Source of the DNA: Convolutriloba macropyga
Lineage: Eukaryota
Length of the DNA: 64,000 bases
Reading direction: 5' to 3'
NCBI RefSeq assembly: GCF_964194025.1
Contig: NC_134478.1
Span: 4,526,001-4,590,000, forward strand
The translations under genes and the position numbers were made by a program. This document shows, piece by piece, positions 26,006 through 37,300 of the stretch. The notes beneath the pieces were generated by a model that saw only the letters and a program-made list of their open reading frames with translations, made no database searches and had not been told where the DNA came from. Numbering within the stretch: the stretch's first letter is position 1; each line of letters begins with the position of its first letter.

Positions 26006-27139
26006 TAATAGACGCGAAGCTATAGAGGTTATTATTGGGGACATTGTGTTTTCTTACAATTCAAAGAATTTGAATTGTATTGAGGCGCTGTCTTTTTAAT
26101 TGCTCTTGAACGAATTTTATAGCAATCATTGTAAAGGTGTTGGTCCTTTTTTGCAAATTTTTTGCCTTACCATTTTGCGCTTTTCTTCAACATTCGTTGA
26201 CTTCTCAAGTGACTTTTTCACGCTTTCGTTCTTCATTTTTAAATGATCTCTATTGCACTCACTCCGAAGTAAAGCTTGTTGCTAAAATAAAATCGATTGC
26301 AGCAATGCAAGAAGAATGGCCTGATAGCCGAGTGGGCAGTGCTTCTGGTCCGGGAGTGGGAGGGCAATGGTTCGAATCCCGGCGTGGACGACTGTTTTTG
26401 CACGCATAAAGAAAAATTTATATAGGCTACAGCCCCTGAATTAAATGGCCTCGCCTCTATTCAAGAGGAATTCTTCTGACATTAGTCGGTTTCTGCTTAA
26501 GATCTGTTCACACCTTTTAATGATTGTTGAATTCGAATTAGAGTAGTGATTTTTGTCACGCCGAAAAAGGAAGTGGAGCGAAAATGCGAGTGGTTTTGCT
26601 ATGAAAAAGTTTTTCTCTCTAATTTCACGTTTCCTGAGAAAACGGTGTTTGAACAAAAATTCGCTTTCTCGCTAGTGGTTTTGTTCACATGCCGCTTTTT
26701 GACATTGATTTTCTGGTTTTTTCATTTTTGATCTGATTTTTGGAAATAATTTTCCCAATTCACTCATAGTCCGTTCTAGGTCTAGTTTTTTTGTTTGAAC
26801 CGAATTACCATTTCTCGCTAGTGGTTTTTTGTTCACATGTGGCACTTTGACATTGATTTTCTTGTTTTTTATCTGATTTTTTGGAAATGGTTTTCCCAAT
26901 TCACTCATAGTCCGTTCTAGGTCTAGGTTTGGTTTAGCCAATTAAAATTCTTTGAATTGTACGCCAGGACTTGTCCTTCTATTTGATTTTTAATTGGCTA
27001 TGTTGAGTTCCTTATAGAGCGCAGGAATGGTGGTCAATCTGTCTATCATATTTCAATTTGTGTTTAGTTGTTTCAATTCATGGAAGGCCGCAAGAGTCTA
27101 TCGCGGCGATTATCCGGCAATCTGCCGGCTATGTTTTTT
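26006..27139 (+). mobile_element. Family A-related element with a nested family C insertion (26098-26496)
   Basis: subTIR TAATAGACGCGA / TCGCGGCGATTA (27101-27112); perfect 3' hairpin CCGGCA-ATC-TGCCGG 27114-27128; ~140-bp internal tandem duplication at ~26650-26930. Confidence 0.7.
26098..26496 (+). mobile_element. Family C element with tRNA-like A/B-box cassette
   Basis: subTIR AATTGCTCTTGAA / TTCAAGAGGAATT (26460-26472); hairpin 26476-26489; A box TAGCCGAGTGG 26325-26335; canonical B box GGTTCGAATCC 26369-26379. Confidence 0.7.
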
Positions 27140-28990
27140 AATGGAGCGTCCCTTTATTAATCGGCGTGATATTGTCCCATCTACCTGCTCTATTGTGGAG
27201 AGTTGGAAAATGAGGTTTCTCAGCCAGAAGTAATTAATTATCATGACAGTTTGTGGGGGGAAAAGATGAAAATCGAAACGTCTCGTCAACTACATAATTG
27301 TCCTGGTACTTTCTAGATTCTAATTAGTCTGCAAGTAACTGCTCGAGTCGTTGGCCAGACTTCTTAAAAGCTGCTTTTCGAACCATATTTAGGATTTGAG
27401 ATTAATTCATAGACTTCGGTTACTTTTTGTGTGACAAGCTATATCGCGTTGTTGACCTGCAACCTTAAGCCGAATAGATTGAAAAATGACTTCAAGCTCA
27501 TGCACAGTTATTTGCTTAGTGGTAAAAAATTTTTAAAGGAAAAGAAATGGAAACAGGAATCATCAACTGAGACAAGAGTGAGAAAACGTAGCCAAAAGAC
27601 TCGTGAAGCTCACGCTGCGCTCCTGGCCAGCATTGTTTATACATGTTATAATCATCTTTTATAGAATTCGTTATAGACAAGTAAGCAAGCAATCAACAGC
27701 ATGAAAAATGCAAGAAACGGCAAAAACTTCGAATTACAAAAGTTCAAGTTTGAACAAAAATTTAAAAGTTCTTAATATGATCTTGCAATGATTAGTAAGA
27801 ACTAAATATTATCTTTCTATGGTTGCAAAGATTTGTATATGTAAGTGTTCTTTGAATTATTTTTTATAGTTGGTGCCGCAATTGTATCACCAATGTAAAG
27901 CTAAATTGCGCTCGCAAGAAGCAATCTTCTGCAAAGACGAGAGTTAACGCAAATTATTATGTAACAAAGTGAAAATTTCGCTGTTAAGTTAAATTTTGGC
28001 TGTTGGGTGATACCAGTACACGATTGTGTTTCCCATAAAGCATAATAATTAAACAACGGATTGTTGTACTTCCGTTTGATCTAATGTGGAACAAAGAAAA
28101 TTAATTTTTTTCTTTTTCAAGTTAATTAACCTAAATTTTTCTTTTTCAAGTTAATTTCCTTGTTTTTTCTGAGACAAAGCTGCCTGACTACACTTTACAA
28201 CTTTACAGAGTATAATTAAATTTTGTGTTGGTAAATTTTCTGCATATGACTGCTAGGAAGTGAAAATTTTGTCCAAGCCCAACAAGTGTTTTGAAAATTC
28301 TGATGTGCCGGCTATATTTTTGCATGTATTACATGCATGCTATTTTATATTTTTTGGAAGAACTACTTATCCTATGTTTGCATAGATTCCGTAAAATCAT
28401 ATACGACTATTTATTACTGCCAATAAAAGGGAATTTAAATTAAACTCTCAATAGAAAAGTTAAATTTGGATGCTAAGCAGTAAATTTGAAGCTCTTCGGG
28501 AAAATCTTCAGAAAGCGTTGACAACACAGCCGCAAACGGGAAAATAGTCAAACATCTTAACTGAGGACATGCATTCAATTCAACTGAACGCAATTCTTTC
28601 AACAGGCATGAAGAGGGCTAGTTGCAGCTAACATAACGTCAGCAGACTCAACAAAAATATATGAGTATCCAAAACAGTCCCATGAAAAAAAATAGAAGTA
28701 AGTGTCCCACAAAATTGTTCAAGATGCTCAATTAGGAGTCAAAATATTCTTACATTTGATATTTTAAACTGTAAAAACCAACATTATTCAACGATTCAAC
28801 AGTTAAAATGAAATTTTTAAAATGCTCCTGAAAAGGCACAATTGTACAATAAAGATCTCTACGCAAACATTGTTCAAGCATTACTTTTTCCGCTCGACTT
28901 GAAAGGATACTATGAGTAAATTAAATACCTCTTTTTTCTCATTAAATCGGATTTGTTTAGGAACTTTGCAATTAAGAAATAAGAGATTTC

Positions 28991-29228
28991 AACTGCTCTC
29001 ATTCTGGAATGAAGCTTGTTGCTAATATAAAAGTGATTGTCAGCGTTTGCGTAACAACGACGTTGCAGGCTATTGGTTAAGATATTCGACTGCTATTGGA
29101 GGGCGAGGGTTCAAACCCCTTTCAGGACCGAGTTTTAGCTCCAAAAAATTGAAGGTACACCCCTAAGTCAGATCGCTTCGCGCCGGTTGTTCCAGAGCAA
29201 TTCATGTGATGTTACCTGGTTTATGTTG
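28991..29228 (+). mobile_element. Shorter, diverged family C element
   Basis: AAGCTTGTTGCTAATAT block shared with the other copies; 3' subTIR TTCCAGAGCAATT 29190-29202; B box GGTTCAAACCC 29108-29118. Confidence 0.55.
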
Positions 29229-29457
29229 ACTGCTTTTGCATTCTGCATTAAAACAGTTTTCAACGGTCGATTTAATTGATGTAGGTCAGAGTCAGAACCT
29301 CAAACTCCGCTGTTCTCCATTCTCCTAATCTCAGCTGTGTTTTTGTCAGAAGTACTTATTCAAGTTAATAGAGATCTACGTCATAATTTGGCGCTTGAGT
29401 AGCGAGGGTCAAATTTGACCCAATGATTTGAACCGCGAATGGGTACAGGTCTTAATT

Positions 29458-32400
29458 ATACCCCTAAGTTTTTAAAGATCGTAGCTTTTAAACAGCCGTT
29501 ATTAACTTCACAATGCTTTTTTATTCTGGAATGCGTAACTCGTCATTTCGAGTTGACTTTTAACCAAGAAAACTTTTAAGCGAAATTGGAGCCTGCATTC
29601 TGTTCCCCACAGAGATTACATGTTTTCCATGCCGGTCTGTATTTTCTGGCTGGGGGCTAGTCGACTTTGGTTTGCATTGAGGTGATTTCTCAAATTCGAT
29701 TCCGTTTTAAAACTTTTTGCAGTTCTCGAAGTTAATTGAATGTTCTGTCGATTCCTGCATTTGTTTCCTGTGAATTTTAAGGCCTGCCATTGATTTGCAT
29801 TCTTTGTCGCAAACTTCACATTCTAGTGATGGTGAAGGTGGCTCGGTGTTTTTGTTTTTGACCTCTTTTTGTGGGATTTTTAGCTTGTTTTCTCTGCCAG
29901 CAGAATAGGTGGCTCATTCTTTTGGGTTTTTAGGTGTTTCCAAACTTTTCTGTCATGTGCAAATTTGGGGCTTCAATCCAATTTATTCACGCCTCTTTCA
30001 GAGATTTCCTTCGTAAAAAAGGTTATTCCATTGGTGACCAGGAGCTTTGGAAGTTTTTCCAGGCTGGTAAACCAACCCAAAATTGCTTTTGTTGTTCTTT
30101 GGTTGTCAATTCTCAGCACTTGGCCTATCCTTTCGAGAGTTCGTTTCTTAATTTTCCGTCTTAGTGTGTTTACTCCAAGTATGTTTCTAATGTCTTGCAT
30201 GTTTACTTTCTTGTTCTCCGTTTGAAACAGTGGGGGCCTTTTTTGTTGCTCCACATATGTTGGTATCTTTTATCTATCCAAGATTGTAGGCTTTTTATCT
30301 TGCATTAGTACCTTAGGGGTGTTGCACAATCGAGCAAAATGCCACTTTCCACGCAATTTTTGATAATTTGTGCTTGCTTTATTTTTGGTAGCTGGCTCTT
30401 CTTTAAATGACCTTTACATGTTGCCTGTAACATTCCAGCTCTATTTATCCGATTTTACGCCCTGTTTATGTCCTAGCCAACTTCCGAGCATCCTAATCTC
30501 ACCGGCTTTATATATTCCAAAAGGGCCCTTTTTTCTTTTGCCTTCTTTTCTTGCAAACTTCTATGACATCTTTCACTATTCGTCCTTCCTCGAGTTTTCT
30601 GTTTTTACCCACTATAATGCTGTCATCCGGAAAGAGGGATAGGGTTATTTTGATTTCGGCGGCTTCCCTATTTAATTTTTCCTTTTTATTTATCTGTAAT
30701 CTTGGTCCCCGGTATCCATTTAACTCCCGTCTGGCGTCGCATATACCCTTTCGCTCCTTTTCAGCTATTCTCATTACTACTTGATAGTATATGTTGAATA
30801 GGCAAGAAGATGCGGAGCACCCGTCTCGCAATCCTCGCTCCGGGAGCCACGCGTTGCTGCACTTTTCCCATCTTTTCACCTGATACTTGGTAGCTTTGTG
30901 TAAATCGACGATAGAGTTAAAAAAGTTACCTTGCAAACCGTTCCTATTCTGCATTTTCCTTAGTAATTAGTTTATTCTTTCTAGGGTATGCTTTCTTAAG
31001 TTTTAGCAGTCTGCTTTTGGGTCACTTGGATCTTCCGGGGAACTTTATTCTTCATACGGCATTTCTTAAAGTCTTCTGTCTCCTCATCCATTCCTACCAG
31101 GATTTGAGTCGCATCTGCTGTGGAGAGGCTTGTGCAAAAACAGTTTGGTTGTCGTCCAGAAGTCATTTCTGCCCATCTCCTCAGTCTTTTCGACAGTATC
31201 TGGCTAGGATGCGGCTTCCCATCGCCAGCAGCATACTCCCCGGTATTTATTTAAGTCATTTCTATCTCTTTTCTAATGTAGAGGAGCAATTAACCAGTTT
31301 TCTACACATCATTCTACTTTGGGGTTCTCTTGAAAGATGTTCTTTACAAAAGTGTGGATCACTTTACTGAGCTTTGTACATGAAAGTTTTATGTACTCCA
31401 TCCGGATGTTTTCATTCTCCGGGTGTCGAGATCTTGATGTCTGAAATACATTCAATTATTTCCTCGTTTGTGAGTGTTTCTCTAAAAACTTCGTTCACTG
31501 CTCCGGGGTCATCTCTTTCATCCGTCATTTTGCGTACTGCACGGAAAAGATCGGCGGGGTCCACCTCACATCGATCCTTTGAGACTTTTTTGAAGGTTTC
31601 CTTAAACCCATTGCTAGTGATTGTGGTGGTTTACTGTTTGTGCCTCTAGCTGCCTCAGGATCCGGTACATACTACCCAGGTAACCTTTTTTGTTGGCAGA
31701 CTGGCATTCGTCCAGTTTTTTGTGCCAAAAATCTGTTTCCAAATATTTAAGTCTCTTCATGTTCGCGCGGGCAGTCTTCAAGGCTCCTTTTTTGCGCATA
31801 CGGATGTTCTCAGGGAGATGTTGGGATAAAAGTTCATATCGGGTTGTTACTGCTTTAGATAAATCACTGTGGAGTTTAGCTATTTCAACCTCTTTGACCA
31901 TGGATTCGCAATCTGCCTCGTTTACTTTCCACAGATCTCAAATATGGCCTTGCTTAGGATGCCAGATATCTCACTCCAAGAGCTGTCTTCCGTGATGTTT
32001 TTACTTGATTCCTTGGTCTTTTTGTTGTATTTGAAGGCCTCTTTTGCTCTTTTGTTTCTCCCTTTTGATGTTTGGGTTAAATCGTACTCTTCTGGCTATC
32101 CTCTCCTTTTCCGTTATTCTTCTATGAAAGGTAACTGGCGTGTGGTCCGGCAAGGACATCTCTTCCACTGCCTCCAGCTACTCTATGGCGCTCGCCTTTT
32201 CTCATCAAGAAACAATCAAGATCATACCAAGTATTGGGGCTATTATTAAACCAGGTGCTTCGTTTCCTGAGGTTGTAATAAGAATTAACCGATTGCGGAT
32301 CTTTTACTTCACATCAATACAACAAATCATAACCTGCCTTGTTTGTTGGCGTGCATAGGCCGTATCTACAATTCGTTTTACTTGTCTCTTCTCGCGCAGT

Positions 32401-33845
32401 GTGGGAGTTGTGGTGGCCTCCAATTATTAGAATCTTGTCATTGAGAGTTCTTGCCACCTCCTCGTGGAGAGCGTAACAAGTAAGATTTTAATCCTTCTTG
32501 TCCGTTACTCCAGAGTGGTCGATACGTTGAGATTGATCCCATGTCGTGTGGTTCAATGACAACGGTTCGCTCGTGGAAATTTTTCCATTGCTGTTTTTGG
32601 ACCCACGCCGCCAGAGCTCTGCCAGTCAGCAAGACACAGCACTTCTTAGAGTGGATAATGACTTTCTGGTTTGCATGCCCGCCTACCTCCTTTTTTCTCT
32701 GCGCCTTGCCTTCCTTCTCGGCCTTCGATTCTGTTTCAAATCTTCCGTTGGTCGGCGGAGCCTTCCTCTACGTGTTGACATCCCTTTCGTTTTCTCTTTA
32801 GCTCGCTGAGGCTGACAGGCGGGGTTCTTCTGTCTATTACTCCCAGGTGGCAAAACCTCGGGCGGCTCCTCTCCAGGGTGGATCCAGGTAGTTTATTTGT
32901 TCCTGGGATCTTTTTCTTCCCCTTCGACTTTGCCTGTCTTCCACTGGAGGCTCCTGCACGGGGTGGACGTAGGTTGTTTCTCCCCTCGTCTCTACCTCCT
33001 GTAACTCCCTGCCCGGGTAGAAAGGGCGGCCTCAGTGCAGTTCCTGAGTTCAAAAGCGCATCTTTAGGCTTTAGCTATTTGTTGTATATCTGTTTTCGTC
33101 AGGCCGCTGCACTTCTGCTGGATCCATCTTTGACACCAGGAACATTTTATGCTATTGCTGGTTGCCTTGCGGCCACAGATGCCGCACCGATGGGTGCCTG
33201 GGTTTCTCTCGACGTCTTCAACCCTTGCCAGCAGCTGACTCAGAGGGACTGGGTGTCCTGGAGTCAGGCTCGGAAAACACGACACAAGTTGATTGTCCCA
33301 AGTGAAGGGTTGGCCGTATGGAGTTGCTGCGTTGACTTTTGGGGGTATCGCTCCCTTCGTGTTTCCGAAATGCTTGCGTCCGGTCCCGTTGTCCTGTGTG
33401 TTCTTTGCCGCATTGTGTAAGCCCCTGCGTTCCCGCTTGTGTCACTCGGATCGCACGAGCTATCCCGCAAGCTAATCAAGTTAACCACCGATGTCTTCGG
33501 CACCATCGTCCTTGAAGCGGAATTCCTTAGTGAATTCCATGCAACTGACCCACGTGAGAAGTGCAAATCTTTTCGATTGTCATTTTGGAACAATCTTACC
33601 GGGTGTTCTAAATGTCAATCAGTATAAAGTCCGACTCATTGACCTATGTCAAGGAGCGTCTTCAAGAACCTAGAAACGTTGAACCATAGAACCACCCCAC
33701 GTTGAACCAGAAAAAAGTATTTGAAGACCAAACGGAGCTGCTCCAAAATTGACGATTTCGTTTGGCTTTTGGACGAGCGGACAGCCTCTAGGATTCTGGC
33801 GAGTAAGAAGAGTCTTCAGGAGGTGCACTGCGCCCAAGAAACACT
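29458..33845 (-). mobile_element. Degenerate non-LTR retrotransposon (LINE): 2A-like + PHD, APE remnant, RT, C-terminal C2H2 fingers
   Basis: RT motifs GLRDGCSASSCLFNIY and LFPDD (ORF 30508-30954); PHD CGICG...CSWCQRWIQQKC; C2H2-like CEVCDKECKSMAGLKIH near 29820; possible 11-bp TSD AGGTCTTAATT at 29447-29457 and 33846-33856 (ends are tentative). Confidence 0.85.
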
Positions 33846-34128
33846 AGGTCTTAATTGAAAACAAGTTTAGGTTCTTTAACAAGACCGGGCGTCAGATTGT
33901 CGTATTTGCACCCCAAAGCACTTACAAGATAAGGTTTGGTTTAAGTGACCTCAAGGATGCTAATCATTGGCACTAACTTCAAAAAGTTTTTCGTTATTTT
34001 AATGGACCGCCGAAAACTAGTTTAAGGATGAAACACTCAAAACATTAAGCATCCAAAGCATTCACTCTCTCAAAAATTTGTTGATAACCTAAAAAGGGGA
34101 AACTTAAAGGGAAATTGAAAAGCGGACC

Positions 34129-34234
34129 CCCCACTAGGTACCATCATCCCCCAACATGTTATTCAAGTTGATTAACTTGTATGACTAGGTTGATTAACCT
34201 AACCAAGGGACCCGGTAGAGGATATCTAGTGGGG
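34129..34234. mobile_element. Small MITE-like inverted-repeat element
   Basis: CCCCACTAG 34129-34137 / CTAGTGGGG 34226-34234 with an imperfect inward extension. Confidence 0.45.
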
Positions 34235-34286
34235 TAACTGTATACTCAAGATTCTGCATATTCTTTTGAAGAATTTCAGGGGAAGT

Positions 34287-34289
<3 letters not shown>

Positions 34290-34330
<41 letters not shown>
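34290..34330. repeat. (CT)n microsatellite
   Basis: Seen directly. Confidence 0.9.
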
Positions 34331-34331
<1 letters not shown>

Positions 34332-37300
34332 GTTCTCATCGTGAACTCGGTTCTTGTTAGCTTACTTTGCCCCCTGAAGTACTAAGACTAAGTTCACGCG
34401 TTAAAATTGGCCGCACTTTGGCTGTGGGGATAGATACAACCCTAAATACACAACTTTCACGCTGTTTTAACTTGTTTTCTGAGCTTTTAGCCACAAAAGA
34501 TTTACCGCAATAGATAAAGCCAAAGAATACAACTAAAGAACAGCAACAGTACCAAAGCAAAGAACAGTGAGACAACTGCATATCAGAAACATGCCAGAAA
34601 ACCTTGAACTTCTTCGAAAGTCGCGTGGAGCTCACAGAGGAGTTGCAACAAAACTCTACTATGAAGCAGACAGCATAATGAACAAACCGATCACACTTCT
34701 CAAATGAAGACGTACTGCATCAGATAGTTGAATTATTGAAGAAGAAGCAAGCCTTCCTATCTGAGCAGAACCAAAAGATTCAGTCTCTTTTTGATGATCC
34801 CGACAACTTGAACGATGAAATTGTTGAGACAGAGGAGTATGATGACAAGATATGCCAAAAAATCGACTATGTTCATCGGTTTGTTCAACGAAATACAAGA
34901 CACTCGTCACAAGAGGGCTCATTTGCAGTCGGAAGCACCACGATTTAGCGCAATATGCATGACATCAATCTGCCGAAGCTCGACTTGCCCAGTTTTCCCG
35001 GAAATTACTTGGACTGGATCTCGTTTTTTGATCGCTTCAAGGGAGCAGTAATAGATAGCAATCAGTTGACAAACAGTTTGAGATTACAGTACCTGAAGTC
35101 AGCAGTGAAAGGAAAAAGTTGTTAACTTCAATCACAGTTACCGACGACAACTTCGATGTTGCAATGGAAAGTTTGCACAACCGATACGACAACAAAAGGT
35201 TGATACTGCGGGCCCACATTCATGGAATTGACTGCTACCGACCAGTTTCAAATGAAAACATGCGGGAATTACGAAAACTTATCGACACAATGGAGGAGCA
35301 TAAACTTTCTCTTCGGAACATGGGACAACCAGTTGAGCATCAGAACCCATTCTTTGTCTACTTGATTGCGGAAAAACTGCCCAACGAAACACGAAAATTC
35401 TGGGAGCTTTCTTCAAAAAGGAAAGAACTACAGACCTATCAGGAACTAAAGACTTTCCTGGAGGAACGTGTTTAAGCCCTGGAGTCAGCAGCACAAAGCA
35501 ACAGTTCATCGAATACCGAAAAACAATCGCTTTCGCAAATTCAAGCACAGAGAACTTTACACTAATGTCACGACAACGAATCAGCAATGCGAATGTTGTG
35601 AAGAGGAACACAGAATTTTCAAACTTTGGAAGTTCAAGGGTTTATTTGTCAAGGAGCGAGCCCAGCTGATCAAAATCAAAGGACTTTGTTTCAATTGTCT
35701 ACGACCAGGACACCGAGCAGAGAATTGCGAATGTTCTTCATGCCGCCAATGTGGACGAAAATATCACACCTTGCTGCATCAAGAAGAAGCACATCAAGTC
35801 AACAATCAAGTGAAAAAATCGATTGGAAACAAACGCAAAGCCAAAGCAGGGGAACAGGAAAAGATTACATCTGGAGTCTCAAGCAGTAATGCAGAACAAA
35901 TAACTATCAATCAAAAGATAACAACAGTCCTCACCCATGAAGACAAGACACAGAAAATTTTTCTCCAGACAGCAATTTTTCCTGTTAATGTCAAAAGAGA
36001 AATAGTTTATCTGCGAGCAATTCTGGACTCTGCATCTCGGAATAAACTTGTAACTGAAGCTGCAGTACAAAGACTTCAGCTAAGGAGAAAGAGGAACAAT
36101 ACTCGTGTTTTTTGACTCGTAGGAAATGAAGTCTCCGCTAATCGCGGGTTGGTTGACCTTTGCCTCCAACCAAAAAACATAGCACCAATTATCCTTGACG
36201 CGTCAGTTTTGACAAAAATGACAAAATATTTGCCTTCTCGGTACATCAACATAGACAATTGGGAGACAGTAAAGGAAATACAGTTGGCTGATCCCGACTT
36301 TAACCAGCCTGTCCAAGTTGACCTTATCATTGGAGCTGGACATAACGAAGACTTGATGGTTGGGAACAACCGACTGAAAGAACCAAATATTCCCGTTACT
36401 TATAGACTCTAAGTATTCCGTTGGTTAGTAATCGGACGCAAAAACTTGCAAACTTCCAATTCTTCCAATTTGCAAACCTGCTTTGTGTCATCATTTGAAA
36501 ACAGTTTACAGCGTTTTTGGGCAATCGAGGAAGTGCCTGTAACTAAACTCCTGACTGACGAAGAAAAAAGATGTGAAGAAAATGTTGCCCTTTTTGTTTA
36601 TTTCAGCACAAAGGCCATTCATATGGAAACAGTGACAACGTTGACTAAAGAGGACTGTCTGGACGCCATAAAACGTTTTATAGCACGACGTGGACTACCC
36701 GAAAATATTTACAGTGAAAACTCAAGGACTTTCATTGGAACTCGGGGAGAAATTGAGTTTAGGAAATTATCGATGGACAGAGAATTCAAGGAACTGGTAG
36801 ATGTCTTCACTACAGGACAGCAGATAAACTGGTTGACAATTCCTCCACTGACGCCTCATTTCGTAGGTCTCTGGGAAGCCGCAATAAAATTCATGTAGTG
36901 ACGTTTTTACAGGACTCTAGGGAAAACAAAGATGTCTTTTGGGAATTTCACAACCTTGATCACTCAATAATGCAGAACAAATAACTATCGATCGAAAGAT
37001 AACAGCAGCCCTCACGCATAAAGACAACACACAGGAAATTTTTCTCCAGACAGAAATTGCTCCTGTTAATGTCCCAGAAGAAATAGTTTATCTTCGAGCA
37101 ATTCTGGACTCTGCATCTCAGAATAATCTTGTAACTGAAGCTGCAGTACAAAGACGTCAGCTAAAGAGAAAGAGAAAAAATACTCGTGGTTTTGGTATCA
37201 GAGGAAATAAACTCTCATCTAATTGCGGATTTGCTGACCTTTGCCTCCAACCAAAAAATAAAGCACCAATTATCATTGACGCGTCAGTTTTAACGAAATG

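Noticed and set aside
33780-33845. HDV-like ribozyme at the LINE 5' end (CACCTCCT seen on the minus strand)
   Set aside because: No complementary P3'/P1' strands or P4-CxAA arrangement could be found
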